Origin: an uncultured Actinomycetota bacterium
GTDB lineage: Bacteria > Actinomycetota > Actinomycetes > Propionibacteriales > Nocardioidaceae
NCBI GenBank assembly: GCA_963707475.1
Contig: CAVPQC010000005.1
Span: 2,772,603 to 2,836,602 of the forward strand
DNA: 64,000 nt
Direction of reading: 5' to 3'
Part shown: positions 58,037 through 64,000 of the stretch, piece after piece
Layout of the letters: each line of letters opens with the position of its first letter
How positions within the stretch are numbered: position 1 is the stretch's first letter
Program-made: the position numbers and the translations under genes
Notes under the pieces: model-generated
The model's input: the letters and a program-made list of their open reading frames with translations, nothing else
Database searches by the model: none
What the model was told of the DNA's origin: nothing

Positions 58037-59644
58037 GGGCGACCGGTCTTCTTGAGGAACCGGAGGTTGGCGGTCATCACCTTCGCGTAGGTCTCGTCGG
58101 ACATGCCCAGCATCGGCGCCAGCCGGATCACCTTCTGCACCGCGACCGACTGCGACTCGGTGAACCGCAGCACGCCCTCGCCGCCCTGGCGCCGGCCGAG
58201 GCCGGACTGCCGGAACCCGCCCATCGGCGAGTCGACGCTGCCGAAGCTGGCGCCGAACCCCTCGTTGACGTTGACGCTGCCGCACAGGATCTGCCGGGCG
58301 ACCGCGCGGGCACGCTTCGTGTCGCGTGACCAGATGCTGGCGTTGAGGCCGTACGGCCCCTCGTTGGCGCGGCTGATCGCGTCGGCCTCGTCGTGGAAGC
58401 GGTAGACGGACACCACCGGGCCGAAGGTCTCCTTGCCGAAGCAGGTCATGTCGGGGGTGACGCCCTCGAGGATCGTGGGCTCGTAGAAGAGCGGGCCGAG
58501 GTCGGGCCGGTGGCGCCCCCCGGTGCGCACGGTGGCGCCCTTGGCCACTGCGTCGGCGACATGGGCGGTCACGGCGTCGAGCTGCTGCTGCGAGGTGAGC
58601 GAGCCCATGTCGCTGCCCCAGGCCAGGCTGGTGCCCAGGCTCATCGCCTCGGTGCGCGCGACGAACCGGTCGACGAAGCGGTCGTAGACCTGGTCGGCGA
58701 CGTACATCCGCTCCATCGAGACGCAGAGCTGGCCGGCGTTGGAGAAGCAGGCGCGGACAGCGCCCTCCGCGGCGCGGTCGAGGTCGGCGTCGCGGAGCAC
58801 GAGCATCGGGTTCTTGCCGCCGAGCTCGAGGGAGCAGCCGACGAGCCGCTCGGCGCAGCCCTGCGCGATCAGCCGGCCGGTGGCGGTGGACCCGGTGAAG
58901 CAGACGTAGTCGGCGCGGGCCACCACGGCCGGCCCGACCTCGGCGCCCGGTCCGGCGACGACCTGCCAGAGGTCCCGCGGGATGCCGGCCTCCTCCAGCA
59001 GCTCGGCGCCGATCAGCGCGGACAGCATGGTCTGGGCGTCGGGCTTGGTCACCACGGCGTTGCCTGCGAGGAGCGCCGCGATGCCGTCGATCAGGGCCAG
59101 GTTGAAGGGGTAGTTCCAGGGCGCGATGATCCCGACGACGCCCTTGGGCACGTGGTTGACCTCGACCCGCGTGAGCGCCGGGATCACCCCGATCCGGCGG
59201 GTGGTGTCGAGGTGCTCGCGGGCGGTGCGGCCGTAGTAGCGCGCGGTCAGCGCGACGTGCAGCGGCTCGTCGAACGCGTGCTTGCGGGCCTTGCCGGTCT
59301 CCCAGCAGATCAGGTCGATGATCTCGTCCTGGCGGTCGAGGACGAGGTCGTGGAGCCGCAGCAGCCGCGCCGCACGGTCGTCGAGGCTGGTCTGCGCCCA
59401 GGCACGCTGCGCCCGGCGCGCCCGCGCGAACGCCTCCTCGACGTCGGCCTCGCTGCTCTGCGGCACCTGCGCCGAGGGGCTGGCCGGTGATCGGGGTGTA
59501 CGTCGGCTCGCTGCGCCCGGTCGTCGACACGATCCGGTCGGTGAGCGCCCTCACCGCGGACGGCTCGAGCGCGTAGGACGCCGCCGGGTCGTGCTCCGGG
59601 TCGGCGGGTCCGGTGACGGAGGGCTGGCGGGGGTCGAGGCTCAT
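58033..59644 (-). CDS. gabD: Succinate-semialdehyde dehydrogenase-type ALDH, frameshift near 59470
   Basis: IAPWNYP, FTGST, LELGGKN, NAGQLC, ETFGP. Confidence 0.85.
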
Positions 59645-59820
59645 ACTCGTGAATGTAAGTGACCGGGGTCTCACTCTCTACCCCTCGGTAACACGTGAGA
59701 GCCGAGTGCGCACGACCGAGGTCCGGACCGGGTGCGCATGCGACGACGTACGGCTACCCAACCGATAGGCGGTGCCCGTGCACGGGCGCAGGCGCCCTGA
59801 CGGAAGTCGGACGCCGCGGA

Positions 59821-59900
59821 GACCTCCCAATCTTTTCTGACACTCCCAGGGGCATGCACGCCGCTGGAGGCGCCAGAAAACCTGGATACCTTGGGAATTC
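59821..59900 (-). repeat. Partial copy of the 3495-3646 element
   Basis: Reverse complement GAATTCCCAAGGTATCCAGGTTTTCTGGCGC...GTCAGAAAAGATTGGGAG matches the left half of the first copy. Confidence 0.8.
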
Positions 59901-59912
59901 TGTGACGCGGGA

Positions 59913-60876
59913 CTACCCGCCCTCCGGCTCGGGTGGCGTCTCCTTGCCCGCTCTCTCGTCGCGCGCGGCCCACTCGAGCAGGGGCGCGATGTCGAAGACG
60001 GCGTCGTCGATGCCGGCGTGCAGGTCGCCGATCTCCGCGTAGCGGGCCGGCATCGTCGCGATCGTGAAGTCGTCGGGGTGGCAGTCGTCGACCTCGTCCC
60101 AGCCGATCGGGGCGGAGACGGTGCCGATCGGGTTGCCGCGCACCGAGTACGCCGCGGCGATGGTGTGGTCACGGGCGTTCTGGTTGTAGTCGACGAACAG
60201 GTGCGCGGGGTCGCGGTCCTTGCGCCACCAGGTCGTGGTCACGTCGTCGGGCGCGCGCCGCTCGACCTCGCGGGCGAACGCCAGCGCGGCCCGTCGTACG
60301 TCCTGAGAAGCCGTGGTCGGGCGCGATCCGCACGTAGACGTGCATGCCCGCAGCCGCCGCTGGTCTTCGGCCAGCCGGTGGCGCCGAGGTCGTCGAGCAC
60401 CTCGTGGGCGACGTGGGCGACGCGCTGCACGCGCTCCCACGGGCAGTCGGGACCCGGGTCGAGGTCGATCCGCCACTCGTCGGGCTTCTCGGTGTCGGCG
60501 CGCCGGCTGTTCCACGGGTGGAACTCGACGGTCGACATCTGCACCGCCCACACGACCTGCGCGATCTCGGTGACGCAGAGCTCGTCGGCGGTGCGGTTCC
60601 AGCGCGGGAAGTGCACCCGCACCGTCTCCATCCACGGCGGCGCACCCGACGGCAGCCGCTTCTGGTGCACCTTGTCGCCGGCTGACGCCCTTGGGGAAGC
60701 GGTGCAGCATGCACGGCCGCTCGCGCAGCGCGTTGACGATGCCGTCGCGAGACGGACAGGTAGTACTCGACCAGGTCGAGCTTGGTCTCGCCGCGGGCCG
60801 GGAAGTACTCGCGGTCGGGGTTGGAGATCCGCACGACCTTGTCGTCGACCTCGAGCTCGATCGCGGGAGACGCCAT
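59913..60876 (-). CDS. Stand-alone AEP primase-polymerase (LigD Pol/Prim-PolC type), frameshifted
   Basis: ISNPDREYFP, RIDLDP, KTSG..GMHVY, DYNQNARDHTIAAAYSVR. Confidence 0.88.
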
Positions 60877-60898
60877 GCGCAGAGCCTAGGGTGAGCGC

Positions 60899-61441
60899 GT
60901 GGAGAAGGAGCGCGTCGAAGTCAGGTCACGGGCGGAGTGGCGGGCGTGGCTCGAGGAGCACCACGCGACGAGTCCGGGCATCTGGCTGGTGACCTGGAAG
61001 AAGGCCACGCCGGACAAGCACACGTCGTACGAGGAGACCGTGCTCGAGGCGCTCTGCTTCGGCTGGGTCGACAGCCAGGCCAAGGGCGTCGACGAGCTGC
61101 GGACCTCGATGACGATGACACCGCGCCGGCCCAACAGCCGGTGGACCCAGCGCAACCGGGAGCGGGTCGAGGAGCTCGAGGCGGCCGGCCTGATGACGCC
61201 GGCCGGCCGCGCGCAGGTCGACGCGGCCCACGCGAGCGGCGCGTGGGACGAGCTGCGCGACGTCGAGGCGCTCGTCGAGCCGGAGGACCTGCGCGCGTCC
61301 CTCGACGCGGACCCGGCCGCGCGCGCCCGGTGGCAGGCGCTGACCGCCTCGGCGAAGTTCCAGCACCTGCTGCGGCTGCACGACACCAAGCGCCCGGAGA
61401 CACGGGCCCGGCGGATCGCGGAGATCCGGGCGGGTACCTAG
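60899..61441 (+). CDS. YdeI/OmpD-associated family protein
   Basis: WRAWLEEHH, ALCFGWVDS, KRPETRARRI. Confidence 0.88.
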   Translation: MEKERVEVRSRAEWRAWLEEHHATSPGIWLVTWKKATPDKHTSYEETVLEALCFGWVDSQAKGVDELRTSMTMTPRRPNSRWTQRNRERVEELEAAGLMTPAGRAQVDAAHASGAWDELRDVEALVEPEDLRASLDADPAARARWQALTASAKFQHLLRLHDTKRPETRARRIAEIRAGT

Positions 61442-62043
61442 AGCGGGACGCCGAGCGCGGTCAGCCGCTCGCGCAGCACGTCGATGCCCTGCCCGTGGTC
61501 CCAGAGCACAGCGGCGACGCCGATCTCGGCGGCAGCGTCGACGTTGACGGGCGCGTCGTCGACGAACACCAGCTCCCGCGGCGCGAGACCGAGGTCGTCG
61601 GCGATGTGCAGGAAGTACGCCGCCTGCGGCTTGGCCGCGCCGACCTCGCACGAGTAGTAGGTGCCGTCCAGCAGCTCGTCGTACCCGAGCAGGCGACGCA
61701 TGTACGACGCCCGCAGGTTGTCCTGGTTCGTGGCCAGATAGCACGGGACCCCCACGGCGCGCACCGCCGTGACCAGCTCGCGCGTCTGCGGCAGGGGTTC
61801 GATCCGGCCCCAGAAGTCCAGGATCGCGGCGCGCCGGTCGGACAGCCCCTGCTCCGCGATCACCTCCTCGACGTGCGCCGCCATGTCGAGATCGCCGGCG
61901 AGCGCGGCGTCGAGGTCCGCCCAGACCGCGGCGGCGAAGGTGTCGACGTCCTTCCCCACGACGTCCGCGAAGACGCCCGGCCAGGACGGCACGCCGTGCT
62001 GGAGCACGCCGTCGGCGTCCCAGAGCACCGCGCGGGGAGCCAC
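61438..62043 (-). CDS. HAD-family hydrolase
   Basis: WDADGVLQ, ATNQ, AKP, FVDD. Confidence 0.88.
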   Translation of the reverse strand: MAPRAVLWDADGVLQHGVPSWPGVFADVVGKDVDTFAAAVWADLDAALAGDLDMAAHVEEVIAEQGLSDRRAAILDFWGRIEPLPQTRELVTAVRAVGVPCYLATNQDNLRASYMRRLLGYDELLDGTYYSCEVGAAKPQAAYFLHIADDLGLAPRELVFVDDAPVNVDAAAEIGVAAVLWDHGQGIDVLRERLTALGVPL

Positions 62044-62044
62044 G

Positions 62045-62823
62045 TCAGTCCGTGCCGTGCTCGCGCAGGAACGCGAGGATCGGCTCGGAGAGCTCGGGTC
62101 GGCAGACCACGAGGTCGGGCAGCAGCACGTCGTCCTGGTTGTAGACGAGGGGTGAGCCGTCGACCCGGCTCGTGAACAGCCCGGCCGCGCGGGCGACGGC
62201 GACCGGCGCGGCGGAGTCCCACTCGTACTGGCCGCCGGCGTGCACGTAGGCGTCGCTCACGTCGCGCACCACGGAGATCACCTTCGCGCCCGCGGAGCCC
62301 ATCGGCACCAGCTCGCCACCGAGCTGCTCGACCAGGGCCTGCACGAACGCCGGCGGACGGGTGCGGGAGGCGACGACGCGGGGCCGGTCCGAGGTACGCG
62401 GGCGGTACGACGGGCGGGGCGCCGGTGTGGAACGTCGTACCGAGGCCGGGCTGGGCCACGGCACCGGCGACCAGCTCGCCGTCCTCCCAGAGCGCGACGT
62501 GGATCGCCCAGTCGTCGCGCGGCGGCTCGGAGAACTCGCGGGTGCCGTCGACCGGGTCGATGATCCACACGCGGCGCGCGGTGAGCCGGGCCTTGTCGTC
62601 CTTGCCCTCCTCGGAGAGCACGGCGTCGTCCGGGCGGTGCCGGGCCATCAGCTCCATCAGCAGGTCGTGCGAGGCGAGGTCGCCGGCGTCCTTGAGCGCC
62701 TTGCCGGTCAGCCCTTCCTGGCGCACCTCGCACCAGCAGGTCACCGGCCGTCGATGCGGCCCATGCGGCGAACGTGTGGTCGTCGGCGCCCTCGGGCGGC
62801 GTACCCGGATCGAAGTCGGTCAC
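62045..62823 (-). CDS. cysQ: 3'(2'),5'-bisphosphate nucleotidase, frameshifted
   Basis: LSEEG, WIIDPVDGTREF, GSAGAK, EWDSAAP. Confidence 0.9.
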
Positions 62824-62851
62824 CCGCCGAAGCCTATGCGTCGAGCCAGCC

Positions 62852-62983
62852 GACCCGTCGCAGATGGTCATGTTGAGCACGTTGACCCGTCGCAGATGGT
62901 CACGCCAAGCACGGTGACCCGTCGCAGATGGTCACCATCTGCGACGGGTCACCGCCACTCACACCGCCATCTGCGACGGGTCA
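62852..62983. repeat. REP/BIME-like cluster: 3 direct and 2 inverted units
   Basis: GACCCGTCGCAGATGGTCA at 62852, 62884, 62916 (32-bp period); inverted copies at about 62934 and 62966. Confidence 0.88.
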
Positions 62984-62994
62984 GCGCGAACGAG

Positions 62995-63641
62995 TCAGGA
63001 GTTGAACTGGCCCTGGGTGCGCTCGAGGCCGACCGCGAGCAGGGACTCGACGGCGTCGGCGGCACGGTCGACCTGGAACACCAGCTCCTTGCGCTCGGCG
63101 GCGGAGTAGTTCGACAGCACGAAGTCCGCGGGGTCCTGGCGTCCCGGGGGTCGTCCGACGCCGACACGCACCCGGTAGAAGTCACCGGTGCCGAGGGAGG
63201 ACCGCAGCGACCTCAGCCCGTTGTGGCCGTTGTCGCCGCCGCCCAGCTTGACCCGGAGCGTGCCGAACGGGATGTCGAGCTCGTCGTGGACCGCGACGAT
63301 CCGGTCCATCGGCACCTTGTAGAAGCTCGCCAGCGCCTTCACCGGTCCGCCCGACTCGTTCATGTAGCGCCGCGGGCGCGCGCCAGTACGACGCGCGGGC
63401 CGGGCTGGCCGGGCGGCGTCAGCCGGCCCTCGACCACCTCGGCCCGGCCGGACTTGTGAGCCCGGAAGGGGGACCCCATCCGGCGGGCCAGCTCGTCGGT
63501 GACCAGGTAGCCGACGTTGTGCCGGGTGCCGGCGTAGTCGGGCCCCGGGTTGCCCAGGCCCACGACGAGCCAGACACCGGACGCCGGGTCGGTCGCCTCG
63601 GGGTCGGCCATCGCTCGCTTCAGGGGGTTGCGCAGGGTCAC
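62995..63641 (-). CDS. pth: Peptidyl-tRNA hydrolase, frameshift near 63370
   Basis: [34 protein letters not shown]. Confidence 0.95.
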
Positions 63642-64000
63642 TCCCTGTCGGAGGAGCCCTCGTCGGCGGACTCGCTGTCGCCCTCGGCGGCAGCCGCCTC
63701 GGCCTCGGCGATCTCCTCGTCGGACTCGTCGCGCTCGATGCCGACCTCGGCCTCGGCCTCCTCCAGCTCGGCCTCGACCTCCTCGTCGGTCGGCGCGTGC
63801 GTCACGTTGACGACCATCATGTCGTCGTCGCTGAGCAGCAGCGAGCCGGTCGGGAGCACCAGGTCGGAGGCGTGGTACTGCGTGCCGACGTCGGCGCCCT
63901 CGATCGACAGCTCGATGAACTCGGGGATGTTGGTCGCCTCGGCCTCGAGGGACACGGTCGTGTTCTCGGTGACCACCAGGGCCCCCGGCAGCGCCTCGCC
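63638..64000 (-). CDS. rplY: 50S ribosomal protein L25/Ctc, 3' part
   Basis: [17 protein letters not shown], acidic tail, upstream of pth. Confidence 0.9.
   Translation of the reverse strand, partial: GEALPGALVVTENTTVSLEAEATNIPEFIELSIEGADVGTQYHASDLVLPTGSLLLSDDDMMVVNVTHAPTDEEVEAELEEAEAEVGIERDESDEEIAEAEAAAAEGDSESADEGSSDRE

Noticed and set aside
59913-60876. Phage/plasmid primase or defence-associated PrimPol
   Set aside because: Motifs match chromosomal actinobacterial LigD-Pol/Prim-PolC repair enzymes in a housekeeping context
62852-62983. Mini CRISPR array
   Set aside because: Repeats are 19 bp, spacers only about 13 bp and similar to each other, orientation flips, and there are no cas genes

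Overview
High-GC actinobacterial DNA (gene content and REP sequences suggest Nocardioidaceae; inference) with many single-base indels, including in housekeeping genes, which are probably long-read errors. Left flank (1-8.1 kb): heterodimeric ABC exporter and F420 genes (npdG, LLM oxidoreductase, fbiC). Right flank (54.4-64 kb): guaA, cholesterol oxidase, SSADH, Prim-Pol, cysQ, pth, rplY. Between them is a ~46 kb accessory-looking block. It holds a xylose/polyol-type ABC system with ROK regulator and alditol oxidase, a P450, an ApbE flavinylation module, and a general-stress cluster with its own SigB/SigF-type sigma factor and at least 7 GNNT-N15/16-GGGTAC promoters. It also holds five GAF-ANTAR paralogues, UdgX, a complete selenocysteine system (selA, selB, selC, selD) around a Sec-containing formate dehydrogenase (in-frame UGA plus SECIS) with an NrfD anchor, and an MrpA-less E-F-G-B-C-D antiporter-like operon. 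Three repeat families are present, one apparently inserted in coding regions.
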